DNA of 64,000 bases from Gemmatimonadales bacterium (GTDB lineage Bacteria > Gemmatimonadota > Gemmatimonadetes > Gemmatimonadales > GWC2-71-9), in contig DATIYM010000035.1 of the NCBI GenBank assembly GCA_035517615.1, forward strand, positions 1,493-65,492, given 5' to 3'. Every line of letters begins with the position of its first letter. Position 1 is the first letter of the stretch. This document shows positions 16,673-26,384 of the stretch, one piece after another. The translations under genes and the position numbers were made by a program. The notes under the pieces are model-generated. The model worked only from the letters and a program-made list of their open reading frames with translations. It had not been told where the DNA came from and ran no database searches.

Positions 16673-17425
16673 ATGATTACGCGTGCACTCTCTTTCGACC
16701 GCGGCCAGACTCCCACCATTGCCTGCTTCAGCGCCGCAACCATCTCTCCCGGCTTCGAGCTCGAGCGACTCGTCGCCACATTGCAGAAATTCGTGGACCA
16801 GTTGTTCGTGCCGATCTGGGGAACGCCGGCACGGCTTGTTCAAACGCGGGGCTTCGAGAAGGGCGCCTGGGCACTGGCGCTGCTCGACAGTGCCGACGTG
16901 GCGAATGCGCTGGGCTACCACGATCTCACGCCCGACGGCCTGCCGCTCTCCAAGGTGTTCGTGCGCACCACGCTCGCGGCCGGCCAACGGGTGAGCGTCA
17001 CGGCGAGCCATGAGCTGGCCGAGATGCTCGTCGATCCGGCGATCAATCTCGCCGCTACCGGTCCGGGCGGAACATTCTACGCATATGAGACTGCCGATGC
17101 GGTCGAGGAGGTCGAGTTCACGCTCGACGGCATGGCCCTCACGGATTTCGTGTATCCGTCCTGGTTCGAGGCGTTTCACAAACCGGGCTCGACAGAGTTC
17201 GATCATCTCCGCCGCGTGCGGCGTCCATTCCAAATCCTCGCGGGCGGCTACATGCCGGTGTATCGCAATGGCAGGTGGACACAGGTGTTCGGCTCGCGCG
17301 CCAAGGCGGCACGGTTTGGCCGGGAGGACCGCCGCGGACATCGCAGCACGTATCGGGGACGCCGCGGCATCATGCGTCGCTCGCATGTGCACGACGTTCA
17401 GAATGGCTTAGCCCTGCCGGCCTAA
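16673..17425 (+). CDS. hypothetical protein
   Basis: Track ORF 16631..17425, with the likely start at MITRALSF (residue 15). Good coding-like composition, no recognised domain. Confidence 0.55.
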   Translation: MITRALSFDRGQTPTIACFSAATISPGFELERLVATLQKFVDQLFVPIWGTPARLVQTRGFEKGAWALALLDSADVANALGYHDLTPDGLPLSKVFVRTTLAAGQRVSVTASHELAEMLVDPAINLAATGPGGTFYAYETADAVEEVEFTLDGMALTDFVYPSWFEAFHKPGSTEFDHLRRVRRPFQILAGGYMPVYRNGRWTQVFGSRAKAARFGREDRRGHRSTYRGRRGIMRRSHVHDVQNGLALPA

Positions 17426-17687
17426 GTCTGTCCCGTTCGTCCTTCACGCCGCATTCGTGCCCCGTTTTCGTTCGGCCGGTCGATTCGGCCGCTACCGAAA
17501 ACGGGGCAGATTGCGTTGGGAAGGAGTCGATCGGCGCACCCGATGCGCGTTGCTCATCAGCGACGATCCGGGCAACGGGGTGTGGCGGGTGAGCCCCATC
17601 CGTCTCTTTCGCCTCTTCCTATCCCTTCCCTGGTGCGCATTATGCACTAGTGCTCGTTCGACCGGGTATCCATGTACCGAGGGCCGA

Positions 17688-18056
17688 ATGAGAATACCGC
17701 CGATTGTCACCGCGCTATTCGCCGTCGTAGTCATATCCCCCGCTCCAGCGGGGCAACTGTACGCGCAGGGCGGGGACACGGTGCCGCATGCGAAGGACAC
17801 CGTGCGCACCAAGCGTGACCCCCAACCCGCGAAGCCAGCGTCGGACACGGCGCAGTCGAACCCACGTGAGAGCGGGAAGGACCGGGGACCTGCTCCGCCC
17901 ACCACCGGACCCACGGCCCCCCCCCCGGCACCGAATCGTAAGGGTCCGAAAGCGAGTCCTACGCAGCCGCCGAGCGGAGCGCCCGGCGTCACGCCACCGG
18001 TGCTGCCCATCGGAACGCCGGCACCGTGGGATGATGGAGATCCGGACTACGGGTGA
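17688..18056 (+). CDS. small secreted proline-rich protein
   Basis: Trimmed to MRIPPIVTALFAVVVISPAPAGQLYAQG (signal-peptide-like, residue 78 of the track ORF). The rest is a low-complexity P/T/A-rich tail. Confidence 0.45.
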   Translation: MRIPPIVTALFAVVVISPAPAGQLYAQGGDTVPHAKDTVRTKRDPQPAKPASDTAQSNPRESGKDRGPAPPTTGPTAPPPAPNRKGPKASPTQPPSGAPGVTPPVLPIGTPAPWDDGDPDYG

Positions 18057-18125
18057 GAGACGCTATCTCGCCCCTTAAGCGCCTACTCGGCTTCCTGACC
18101 TGCCGCCGATTGACCCACACCGGCG

Positions 18126-18707
18126 TCATGTAGCGCCCCGGCCGGTTCCACCGGCACGCCGCCCGTCCTCGTGCTCGAGGCTCGTGAAGGAGCGCGAATC
18201 CATCGCGTCGATATACAGTGTTCCGCCCAGGTGATCGATTTCGTGTTGAAGGATGCGGGCATACCAGCCACGCGCCGTGAGGTCGACGGGGGCGCCGCGA
18301 TGGTCCAGCGCGGATACGCGCACCGCCCGCGCCCGCGGGACGCGCGCCACGAAACCACGCACGCTGAGGCAGCCTTCGAAAAATACCGCCGGGGTGGGAT
18401 CGACGACTGTGAGGCGCGGGTTCACGAGCACGTGGAACGGCACGGCTTGCATCTCTCGCTCGGCGAGCTCGGCGGCGGTGAGGCCGCGCCGTGTGAGGTA
18501 CTCGGGAAGCACTTCGACCACAGCGAGCGAAACGGAAACGCCCACCTGCGGCGCGGCAAGCCCGACGCCGGGCGCGTCGCGCATCGTGTCGCGCATCAGT
18601 GCAATGAGCCCTTGAATCCGTTCGCTGCCGATTTCTTCGGGCCGGACGAGCTCCGCGGGCCGCCGCAACACGGGATCGCCGGCCTGAACGATCTTCAGAA
18701 TCACCAC
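18126..18707 (-). CDS. def: peptide deformylase
   Basis: Three canonical motifs: [16 protein letters not shown] and QHEIDHLGG. Confidence 0.92.
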   Translation of the reverse strand: MVILKIVQAGDPVLRRPAELVRPEEIGSERIQGLIALMRDTMRDAPGVGLAAPQVGVSVSLAVVEVLPEYLTRRGLTAAELAEREMQAVPFHVLVNPRLTVVDPTPAVFFEGCLSVRGFVARVPRARAVRVSALDHRGAPVDLTARGWYARILQHEIDHLGGTLYIDAMDSRSFTSLEHEDGRRAGGTGRGAT

Positions 18708-18791
18708 GCATCATAGCACGAAAGTGCCATAGTCACTGTCTGACATTTCCTCTACGATCCCTCTCCAAGTCCACTCACTTGCGGAGGACAT

Positions 18792-19385
18792 ATGCGTCGT
18801 GCATTCGTCGTCGGTGTGCTGTCGCTGCTGGCAACGGGGTCGTTGGCAGCGCAAGAGGCTGCTGCTCCGGCGACTCCGGCCGCTGCTCCCGCTCCCGCCG
18901 CAGCCGCACCTTCCGGCCCGCCGGCATCCGTGGCCAATAGCGCCGCGAAGTCGTTAGGCATGGTGGTCTACCCGGCGAAGGGTCAGGACGCGGCAACCAT
19001 GGCCAAGGACGATCAGGAATGCTACGCATGGGCGAAAGACCAGACGGGGATTGACCCCGCGGCGGTGAAGTCAAACCCTGATTCCGCCGCCAAGGCCGCC
19101 CAGGCGCACGTCGATTCCGCGGCCGCCGGTATTGGCGTGAAGGGCGCGGCCAAGGGCGCGGCGGCCGGTGCCATTGTCGGTGGGATTACTGGCAACGCCA
19201 GCGAGGGCGCGGGCGTGGGCGCGGTCGCAGGGGCGGCTGCGGGCCGCAAGGCAAAGAAGCAGGCCAAGGCTCAGGCGGGCGCCCAGGCCGCGGAAGCCAA
19301 CAAACAGCACGCGCAGGCGCTGATCGACAAAGTCAAAGGTGCAATGACGACGTGCTTGACGGCCCGTGGATACACGGTGTCATAA
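18792..19385 (+). CDS. secreted glycine-zipper protein
   Basis: Signal peptide MRRAFVVGVLSLLATGSLAAQ. The Gly/Ala zipper reads GAAKGAAAGAIVGGITGNASEGAGVGAVAGAAAG. Confidence 0.6.
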   Translation: MRRAFVVGVLSLLATGSLAAQEAAAPATPAAAPAPAAAAPSGPPASVANSAAKSLGMVVYPAKGQDAATMAKDDQECYAWAKDQTGIDPAAVKSNPDSAAKAAQAHVDSAAAGIGVKGAAKGAAAGAIVGGITGNASEGAGVGAVAGAAAGRKAKKQAKAQAGAQAAEANKQHAQALIDKVKGAMTTCLTARGYTVS

Positions 19386-19391
19386 GGAGCC

Positions 19392-20021
19392 ATGGCCATG
19401 AACCAAGTGACGAGAGTGATGCTGGTCGGCGGGATCATCGCGTTCCTCGTCGGCTGCGGGAAGACCGCACCTCCACCCACTCCCGCGCCCGCATCCAAGC
19501 CCAATGCCGACTCCTTGGCGGCCGTGGAGAAGTCGCGGAGTGATTCGCTCGCGGCGGCGGCCGAACGGGCACGGCGGGACTCGCTCGCGGAAGCGGAGCG
19601 CCTCGCCGCCGAGCACAAGCGCATGGAGGATTCGCTCGCCGCAGCGGCGCGCGAGCACGCGCGCGCGACGCTCACGGCCATGATCCATTTCGAGACAGGG
19701 CGGGCGTCGATTCGGCCGGAGGACGCCATGCTCTTGGACGAGAAGCTCGCGATTCTCTCGCAGCATGGGGACGCGAAGATTCGCGTGTCGGGGTACTGTG
19801 ACGAGCGCGGGTCGGATGCATACAACCAGAAGCTCGGCATGCGCCGCGCCGAAGCGGCCAAACAGTACCTCGTGAAACATGGCATTGACGCGAGCCGGAT
19901 CGAAACCACGTCGCTGGGCAAAAAGAATCCGGTGGCGTCGGGTCATGACGAAGCGGCCTGGTCCCAGAACCGCCGCGATGAGTTCGAGATCCTGAGCGGG
20001 ACGGAGAATATGACGCAGTAG
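19392..20021 (+). CDS. OmpA-family / Pal-like peptidoglycan-associated lipoprotein
   Basis: Lipobox AFLVGC. The OmpA_C-like core reads IHFETGRASIRPEDAMLLDEKLAIL...RVSGYCDERGSDAYNQKLGMRRAEAAKQYLVKHGI...NRRDEF. Confidence 0.85.
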   Translation: MAMNQVTRVMLVGGIIAFLVGCGKTAPPPTPAPASKPNADSLAAVEKSRSDSLAAAAERARRDSLAEAERLAAEHKRMEDSLAAAAREHARATLTAMIHFETGRASIRPEDAMLLDEKLAILSQHGDAKIRVSGYCDERGSDAYNQKLGMRRAEAAKQYLVKHGIDASRIETTSLGKKNPVASGHDEAAWSQNRRDEFEILSGTENMTQ

Positions 20022-20062
20022 TAGCACCAGGTCGCCGTCCAGCGCGATGTGCCGGAGGCATC

Positions 20063-21232
20063 GTGAGTGCCAGCCTAGCTGAATCTACCCTCCGAGCGGA
20101 GCAGCGGTCGCCGGATCTGGATATCACCTCCGGCGATCCGCTGCACCGGATCGAGCGGCGCCTCGGGCTCAAACCCGGGACCCCGCCCCGCCCGGGGCGG
20201 ATGGTCGCGCTGTTACTCGCAGTCGCGATACTGCCGCTGGTCGTGCGCGTCGGCGCCCAGGGCCAAATCGCGGATCTCATCCGCGATCCCTTCTTCATCC
20301 GTCTGCTGATCGTGCTCCCGCTTCTCGAGCTCGTGAGTCCGTCGGTATCGGCGAGCGTGGCGCGCGCCCTCCAGGAATTCGAGACGAGCCGACTGGTGGC
20401 GCCCGAGGACGAGCCGCGGTTTCAGGCCGCACGCATGCGGGCGCTTCGCATGCGCGATTCGCGCGTGGCGCTGGTGGTCATGGTGGCGATCGCCTTCGGC
20501 AGCGAGGTGCTCGCCGAAACGGCGCGGCTGCCGTTCATCGGTGCCTGGGCTCGCGACGGTGAGCACCTCACCCTCGCCGGTTCGTGGTACTTCTTCGTCT
20601 CGCTCGCGCTATTTCACCTCATACGGCTGCGCTGGCTGTGGCGCATTCTCGTGTGGTGGCGGTTCCTGTTCGGGGTGTCGCGCATTCCGCTGCGCCTCAT
20701 GCCCGCTCACCCGGACCGCGCCGGGGGCATTGGCTTTCTTGCCAACGTGACGATGGCCTTCGCGCCGCTCATTTTCGGGCTCTCTGTCGGGGCCGGTTTC
20801 GAGTTGCGCGCGCGCATTCTCGTCGGAGGGGAGAAACTGGCATCCCAGGTTGCGCCCATGGTGGCGATCTCCGTGCTGTTCCTGGTCTGCGTGCTCACGC
20901 CGCTGCTGTTCTTCGTGCCCCAACTCACCCGCGCGATGTGGCGGGGCCGCATGGACTACGACCGCCTCTCGTCGCGCTACATCCGGCGCTTCGATAACAA
21001 GTGGCTCTCCCGCGACCCACCCGATACCGAGCTGCTCGGCTCGAGCGATCTGCAATCGCTGGCCGACCTGATCAATTCCGCCAACGCGGTGCGCCAGATG
21101 CTGCCGGTCCCGATCACCATACCGGCGATCCTGTCGGTGGCGCTCGCCTCGGGGCTCGCGATGCTTCCCGCGATCCAGGCCGAGGTGCCGCTGCGGGAGA
21201 TTGCGCATATGCTGATGAGCGCGTTGCGTTAG
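20063..21232 (+). CDS. integral membrane protein, unknown function
   Basis: 389 aa with several hydrophobic helices (LLLAVAILPLVV, FFVSLALFHLI, VAISVLFLVCVLTPLLFFV). No motif recognised. Confidence 0.6.
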   Translation: MSASLAESTLRAEQRSPDLDITSGDPLHRIERRLGLKPGTPPRPGRMVALLLAVAILPLVVRVGAQGQIADLIRDPFFIRLLIVLPLLELVSPSVSASVARALQEFETSRLVAPEDEPRFQAARMRALRMRDSRVALVVMVAIAFGSEVLAETARLPFIGAWARDGEHLTLAGSWYFFVSLALFHLIRLRWLWRILVWWRFLFGVSRIPLRLMPAHPDRAGGIGFLANVTMAFAPLIFGLSVGAGFELRARILVGGEKLASQVAPMVAISVLFLVCVLTPLLFFVPQLTRAMWRGRMDYDRLSSRYIRRFDNKWLSRDPPDTELLGSSDLQSLADLINSANAVRQMLPVPITIPAILSVALASGLAMLPAIQAEVPLREIAHMLMSALR

Positions 21233-21324
21233 TCCCGGGTTGGGACGCGTTGCACCAAGGGTCAATTTCTCCCGCACCCCAACCGGGGATATCCATACCT
21301 TCACCCTCACCGCGGCTCTTGAGC

Positions 21325-22917
21325 GTGCCATCATTACGAACGTGCGTGCTTGCATTTGCGCTTGTCGCAGGCGCTGTCATCGCCTGCCGGGCGCAGCAGA
21401 CGGAAACCCTGGCCGCGCAGCAAACCGTGGACTCCGCCGCGATGGCGGCACCGGTCGTGACCCAGGGCGCCTGGGCACCCGACGTTCTCGATCAGCTACT
21501 CGCGCCGATCGCGCTGTACCCGGACCTGCTGCTCGGCCGTGTGCTGATCGCCTCGGTGAATTCCCAGGAAGTACTCGATGCCGGAAACTGGCTGATCCAG
21601 AATCCGAATCTCTCCGGCGCCGCGCTCGATTCCGCCTCGCAGACTCTGGGGTTCGGAGAAGCCATGCGCGGGCTCCTTCACTTCCCGGACATCGTCGACG
21701 CGATGTGCGCCCAAATCGAGTGGACCAAGCAGCTCGGCGCCGCGTTCACGTCCGATCAGAAAGCCGTGCTCGAGTCGGTCCAACGGCTGCGCGAGAAGGC
21801 CATGATGCACGGCTCGCTGCAATCGACGCCGCAGCAGACCGTCGGCACGAAAGTCGAGAACGGCGACAGCACGGTCATTACGATCACGTCGGCTGACCCG
21901 AACATGATCTTCGTCCCGACCTACGATCCGGCTATCGTCTACGGTCCGCCGGTTGTCGTAGTAGCCCCGAAACCCGGGACCGGCACGCCCCCGGCCCCGT
22001 CACCCAAGGCGGCGCCGACGGCCGCAGCAGCAGCCGCTCCAGCAGCGGTCGCGGCGACGCCCGGCATGGCCGCCGCGCCGATTGCCCCGGCCGTGCCCGC
22101 GGCTGCCCCGGCACCGCCTGCGGCCCCCGCCGCGCCGGCGACGGGAACGGCGGCAACGACAACCAACGTCACGAATGTCTACAACGAGGATCACAGTGAC
22201 GAGGCCGCGAGCGCCGCGATCACGTTCAGCATGGGCATCATGATGGGCGCGATGATGAGTCCGTGCTGTATGCCGTATTGGGGCGGAGGAGTGTACATGG
22301 GCCCCTACCCCTTTTATCCGCCGATGTATGCCTACCGGCCGGTGTATGGGCCGGGCTTCCGCCCAGGCGTCGGATATCCCGGCAGGCCCGGCGGTGTTGG
22401 CGGGGTGGGAGGGGTTGGCGGCGTGGGCGGCCCGGGTAAGCCCGGCGGCGTGGGCGGCCCGGGTAAACCCGGCGGTCCGGGTAAACCCGGTGGTCCGGGC
22501 AACCGCCCGGGGTACGGACCGAAGCCGAGTCAGCCTATCGCCGGCAAGCCCGGTGCGGGAGCCGGGGGCTCGCGGCCGTCCACGCAGCCCGCCAAGCCGG
22601 GCGCGGGAGGTGCGCGGCCAGCGACGCAGCCTGCCACACGCCCGAGTACAGGCGCGGGCGGAGCGAAACCTGCCACCGGAGCGGTGGGCGCCGGCGCAGC
22701 GAAGCCCTCCACCGGAGCGGTGGGCCCGGTTGACCGCGGCTACGGAAGTTCGAGTCGCGCACCAAGCGCCGGTACGACGCCGAGTAATGGCGCCTTTTCG
22801 GGTGCGAGCGGCCAGCGCAACGGCTCGTACGATCGCTCTTCCAGCGCACGGGGCAATGCCAGCATGCGGGGAGGCGGAGGTGGCGGGATGCGCGGTGGCG
22901 GCGGAAGGAGGCGCTGA
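21325..22917 (+). CDS. DUF3300-family secreted protein with long Gly/Pro/Ala low-complexity tail
   Basis: The GTG at 21325 (residue 109 of the track ORF) gives signal peptide VPSLRTCVLAFALVAGAVIACRAQQ. The DUF3300 signature reads LDQLLAPIALYPDLLLGRVLIASVNSQEVLDAGNWL. Confidence 0.8.
   Translation: MPSLRTCVLAFALVAGAVIACRAQQTETLAAQQTVDSAAMAAPVVTQGAWAPDVLDQLLAPIALYPDLLLGRVLIASVNSQEVLDAGNWLIQNPNLSGAALDSASQTLGFGEAMRGLLHFPDIVDAMCAQIEWTKQLGAAFTSDQKAVLESVQRLREKAMMHGSLQSTPQQTVGTKVENGDSTVITITSADPNMIFVPTYDPAIVYGPPVVVVAPKPGTGTPPAPSPKAAPTAAAAAAPAAVAATPGMAAAPIAPAVPAAAPAPPAAPAAPATGTAATTTNVTNVYNEDHSDEAASAAITFSMGIMMGAMMSPCCMPYWGGGVYMGPYPFYPPMYAYRPVYGPGFRPGVGYPGRPGGVGGVGGVGGVGGPGKPGGVGGPGKPGGPGKPGGPGNRPGYGPKPSQPIAGKPGAGAGGSRPSTQPAKPGAGGARPATQPATRPSTGAGGAKPATGAVGAGAAKPSTGAVGPVDRGYGSSSRAPSAGTTPSNGAFSGASGQRNGSYDRSSSARGNASMRGGGGGGMRGGGGRRR
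22381..22510 (+). repeat. in-frame tandem repeats encoding the GGVGGPGKP-type low-complexity region
   Basis: GGCGGCGTGGGCGGCCCGGGTAA occurs at 22417-22439 and again at 22444-22466 (27-nt period). Shorter CCCGG(C/T)GGTCCGGGTAAA units follow. The translation is GGVGGVGGVGGVGGPGKPGGVGGPGKPGGPGKPGGPG. Confidence 0.6.
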
Positions 22918-22920
22918 GCG

Positions 22921-23862
22921 ATGGCCTCGAAGACCATCTCCTGCGCGCTGGCGCTACTCGTAGCGGCGAGCGCGGCGTGCGGCAAGCGTGGGGCCGTAGG
23001 CGCGCCGGAGTCGTTCAAGACGCCGGACGACGCGGCCAATGCGCTGGTGAAGGCACTGGAGCGCAACGACCTCCCCGCCCTCTATCGCCTGCTCGGAACC
23101 GGCAGCGAGGCGATCGTGAATTCCGGTGATACGGTGGCAGACCGGACGGCGCGCGCGGCGTTCGTGCAGCGCTATCATGAACGCCACCAGTTCGTGGCCG
23201 GGAGCCCGGACGATCTCGCGCTCTGGGTCGGCAATGATGGTTGGCCGTTGCCCATTCCGCTCGAGCGGCGCGACGGCGGGTGGCATTGGGACGCTGCCGC
23301 GGGAGCGGACGAGCTCCTGGCGCGGCGGATCGGCGCGAACGAATTGCAGACCATCGACGTGATGCGCGGGTTCGTGGCGGCTGAGGAAGATTATGCTGAG
23401 CAGGCGCACGACGGACGCCCCGCCGGCATCTACGCGCAACGCCTCCACAGCGACCCCGGCAAACACAACGGCCTGTACTGGGAGGTCACTGCAGGCGAGC
23501 CGCCCAGCCCCGCGGGCCCGTTCCTCGCGAATGCGACGGCTGAAGGCTACGCGCCAGGACAACCCCCGGGCACGCCATATCATGGGTATGTCTACCGGTT
23601 GCTGTTTGGGCAGGGGCCGCACGCAAATGACGGCGCGCGCGATTATGTAAAGCACGGCGAGCTCATTGGTGGCTTCGCGGCAATCGCCCGTCCCGCCGAG
23701 TACGGCAAGAGCGGCATCATGACATTCATTGTGAATCAGGACGGGACTGTGTGGCAGAGAGATCTTGGCCCCGACACTGAGCACCTGGCCGGAGCGATCC
23801 GGCTCTTCGATCCGGACACTACGTGGGCTCCCATTCCGCCTGAACAGGAGACTGGACGATGA
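22921..23862 (+). CDS. DUF2950-family secreted protein
   Basis: Signal/lipobox LLVAASAAC. Family-typical segments are YAQRLHSDPGKHNGLYWEV, PYHGYVYRLLFGQGPHA and GGFAAIARPAEYGKSGIMTFIVNQDGTVWQRDLG. This family is commonly paired with DUF3300. Confidence 0.8.
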   Translation: MASKTISCALALLVAASAACGKRGAVGAPESFKTPDDAANALVKALERNDLPALYRLLGTGSEAIVNSGDTVADRTARAAFVQRYHERHQFVAGSPDDLALWVGNDGWPLPIPLERRDGGWHWDAAAGADELLARRIGANELQTIDVMRGFVAAEEDYAEQAHDGRPAGIYAQRLHSDPGKHNGLYWEVTAGEPPSPAGPFLANATAEGYAPGQPPGTPYHGYVYRLLFGQGPHANDGARDYVKHGELIGGFAAIARPAEYGKSGIMTFIVNQDGTVWQRDLGPDTEHLAGAIRLFDPDTTWAPIPPEQETGR

Positions 23863-24413
23863 AGAAGCTCCTTCTCGCAATCGCCGCGGCGCTCGCCCTG
23901 GGCTGCGGTGGTCCCAGCATCACGGTCAATCGTGATTCCGCGGTCCCGATTCCCAAGACACCCACCTGGGCCTGGGGCAAACGCGACACAGTGAGCCAGT
24001 ACGAGCTCGACCCGCTGGCCGAGAGCCCGGAGGTTCACACCATGGTCCAGGCCGCGATCGAACACAACCTGGCGAAGCGGGGCTGGACCAAGGTCGATCA
24101 ACCCGCGAACGCGCAGATCATTGTCACCTATCACATCGGCGTGCGGCGGTCGGTCGAGTACCAGACGACCACGACCGGAGTGAGCGGCGGCTGGTACGGC
24201 GGCTACGGCTGGGGCTACTACGGCGCACCCACCTACATGAGCAGTACGACCACGCCGGTGAACTACAACGAAGGGGCGCTCCTCGTGGTGCTGCGCGCCG
24301 CTCCCTCCTACCAGGTCGCGTGGGACGGGCTGTACAAGAAGGAGATCCAGAAGATGCATCCCGCGCAGAAGGACGTGCAGGCAGCGGTCGACTATTTGTT
24401 GAACGATTTGTGA
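23859..24413 (+). CDS. DUF4136-like lipoprotein
   Basis: Lipobox ALALGC. Its size and the C-terminal pattern GALLVVLRAAPSYQVAWDGLYKKE are typical of DUF4136. The start overlaps the upstream stop (ATGA). Confidence 0.7.
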   Translation: MKKLLLAIAAALALGCGGPSITVNRDSAVPIPKTPTWAWGKRDTVSQYELDPLAESPEVHTMVQAAIEHNLAKRGWTKVDQPANAQIIVTYHIGVRRSVEYQTTTTGVSGGWYGGYGWGYYGAPTYMSSTTTPVNYNEGALLVVLRAAPSYQVAWDGLYKKEIQKMHPAQKDVQAAVDYLLNDL

Positions 24414-24513
24414 GCCTCGAACCCTGGGCGCGGGAGCATCGGTAAAGACGCTCGCTCTCGCGCTCGGCGCGTTCGTTTCCATCCCGGCGGCCGCGCAGCG
24501 GCCCGCTACGCAA

Positions 24514-25584
24514 ATGCCCGTTGATACCAGCCCGCAGCCGGTCGGGAAGATCGATAGCGGCGGCTTTCGCGTCACCCCGATTTTCGCGCCCGCCTATAAC
24601 CCCGAAATGCAGTTCCTCGTGGCCGGGGGGGTGCTGTTGTCCTGGAAGGCCGGTCCGAACCCGCTCGAAATCCAGCGGTCGACGCTGTCCTCGACCATTT
24701 CGTTCTCGAGCACCGGCGCGATCAACGTCGCGAACACGCTGACGTCGTTCTGGTTCGCGAATCGACTGCGCATCACGGCCGACCTGGCGTACAAGGACAT
24801 GCCGGATAACTACTGGGGCGTGGGATACACGGCGGGTCTCGAGCCCACGAGCGGCGATTCGACGACGCAGTATCAACGCGAGTGGTTCAAGTTCAATCCG
24901 CGCGCGGTCTGGGGCGTGTCAGGCCATTTGTACGTCGGCGGCATGCTCGAGTGGAATCACACGATCGCCACCGCGGTCAATGTGCACATGGCGGAGGACT
25001 CGGCGTTTCTGGCGGGTGGCAGCGCCATCAACAATGTCGGGCTGGGCCTCGCGATCCAGTACGACAGCCGTGACATGGCCGTGAACGCCTATAAGGGGTT
25101 GTACCTCGCATTCAATGCCACCGGATACGGCCATTACGTCGGTGGCGACCGGAGCTACCAGATCTATCTCCTCGACTATCGCCAGTACCTCACCCTCGGC
25201 CGCCCCGGCCGAACGCTCGCCTGGACGGTGAAAACGAAAATCGGGGCGCACGATGTGCCCTGGCCCGAGCTGCCGTTGTTCGGCACCTCCGCCGATATCC
25301 GGGGCTACGTCGAAGGCCGATTCCGCGATCGCAGTGTTCTGTTGGGTGTGGTGGAATACCGGTACATGTTTCTGCGGGGGAACGGCCACCTGTCCCGCCA
25401 CGGGTTCGTGGTGTGGACCGGCGGCGGTTCGCTCGGCCCACAGATTCAGCACCTCGAGGGCTTTCTGCCCAACGCCGGGGTGGGATACCGCTTTGAGCTA
25501 CAACCCCGCTCCAACATACGGATGGATGCGGGGTTCGGGAAACGTTCCTGGGGCGTGTACTTCAACTTCACCGAGGCATTCTAG
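24514..25584 (+). CDS. Omp85/BamA-TamA-family outer-membrane beta-barrel (surface antigen D15 domain); true start probably upstream (see finding)
   Basis: Barrel-type strands end in GKRSWGVYFNFTEAF (terminal aromatic). An in-frame upstream extension encodes ASVKTLALALGAFVSIPAAAQ but has no canonical start. Confidence 0.8.
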   Translation: MPVDTSPQPVGKIDSGGFRVTPIFAPAYNPEMQFLVAGGVLLSWKAGPNPLEIQRSTLSSTISFSSTGAINVANTLTSFWFANRLRITADLAYKDMPDNYWGVGYTAGLEPTSGDSTTQYQREWFKFNPRAVWGVSGHLYVGGMLEWNHTIATAVNVHMAEDSAFLAGGSAINNVGLGLAIQYDSRDMAVNAYKGLYLAFNATGYGHYVGGDRSYQIYLLDYRQYLTLGRPGRTLAWTVKTKIGAHDVPWPELPLFGTSADIRGYVEGRFRDRSVLLGVVEYRYMFLRGNGHLSRHGFVVWTGGGSLGPQIQHLEGFLPNAGVGYRFELQPRSNIRMDAGFGKRSWGVYFNFTEAF

Positions 25585-25600
25585 CCCACGCTCGCGCGAG

Positions 25601-26278
25601 CTACTTGAGCCGGATGCTCAGCCCGCCGTTCAGCTCTCCTGAGTCGTACCAGTTGGACGCATATTGGTAGCAATAGCCCCAGGGATCGCACCACAGACCG
25701 CCGGATGTCGTGATGTTCGTGCTCATGACACGCCACCGACCTTCGAGACGGAGCGCGACCAACTTGCTCATCTGGATCTTGGTTCCGAGCCCGAAGTTGA
25801 AGTTGAAATTCGTGTGCCCCTGTGGCTGGATGCCGCCCTGGATATGATCGGTCATGATGTCGGGATGCGTGACCGCCCAGCCGAACCCGATCTCGACAAA
25901 TGGCAGGACATGCGGATTGTTCGAGCGTTGCAGCGCGAGGAAGTTGATGTCGTAATTGTCGAGGCTGATTTTGCCGATCTTCGTGTCCGGCTGGCCCGCC
26001 AGTAACTTGTTGAGTGTGGCGTTGGACTGGGTGCGCGTATACGCGAACTCGAGCCCGAACGACTGATTGGTCGTGAAGGTCAGGCGGCCGCCGTAAGCGA
26101 CATCGTTCGCGAGCTGCACCACCGCTCCGGTCGTGCTATAGAGGTCGGCGGCGATGTAGTAGCCCGCAAACGGGGTCAGCTCGATGGCAACCTGTTGTGC
26201 CCGCGCGAGCGACACGCTCGCGAGCGAGACTCCCACGGCAAGCGCGACAACGGCAAGGCTCTGTTTCGGATAGCTCAT
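25601..26278 (-). CDS. outer-membrane beta-barrel protein (OmpA-like barrel / porin family)
   Basis: Signal peptide LAVVALAVGVSLASVSLARAQQ, alternating amphipathic strands and a C-terminal GGLSIRLK. Confidence 0.75.
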   Translation of the reverse strand: MSYPKQSLAVVALAVGVSLASVSLARAQQVAIELTPFAGYYIAADLYSTTGAVVQLANDVAYGGRLTFTTNQSFGLEFAYTRTQSNATLNKLLAGQPDTKIGKISLDNYDINFLALQRSNNPHVLPFVEIGFGWAVTHPDIMTDHIQGGIQPQGHTNFNFNFGLGTKIQMSKLVALRLEGRWRVMSTNITTSGGLWCDPWGYCYQYASNWYDSGELNGGLSIRLK

Positions 26279-26384
26279 TGATTTCCTCCGGCGAAGTGTG
26301 CGAGCGTGTATCCACGTGAATGACTAGAAGCGCGAGGGAAGCCCGGCAACTTGCCCCTTCGTACTACGATGGGGGGCCCGGGCC

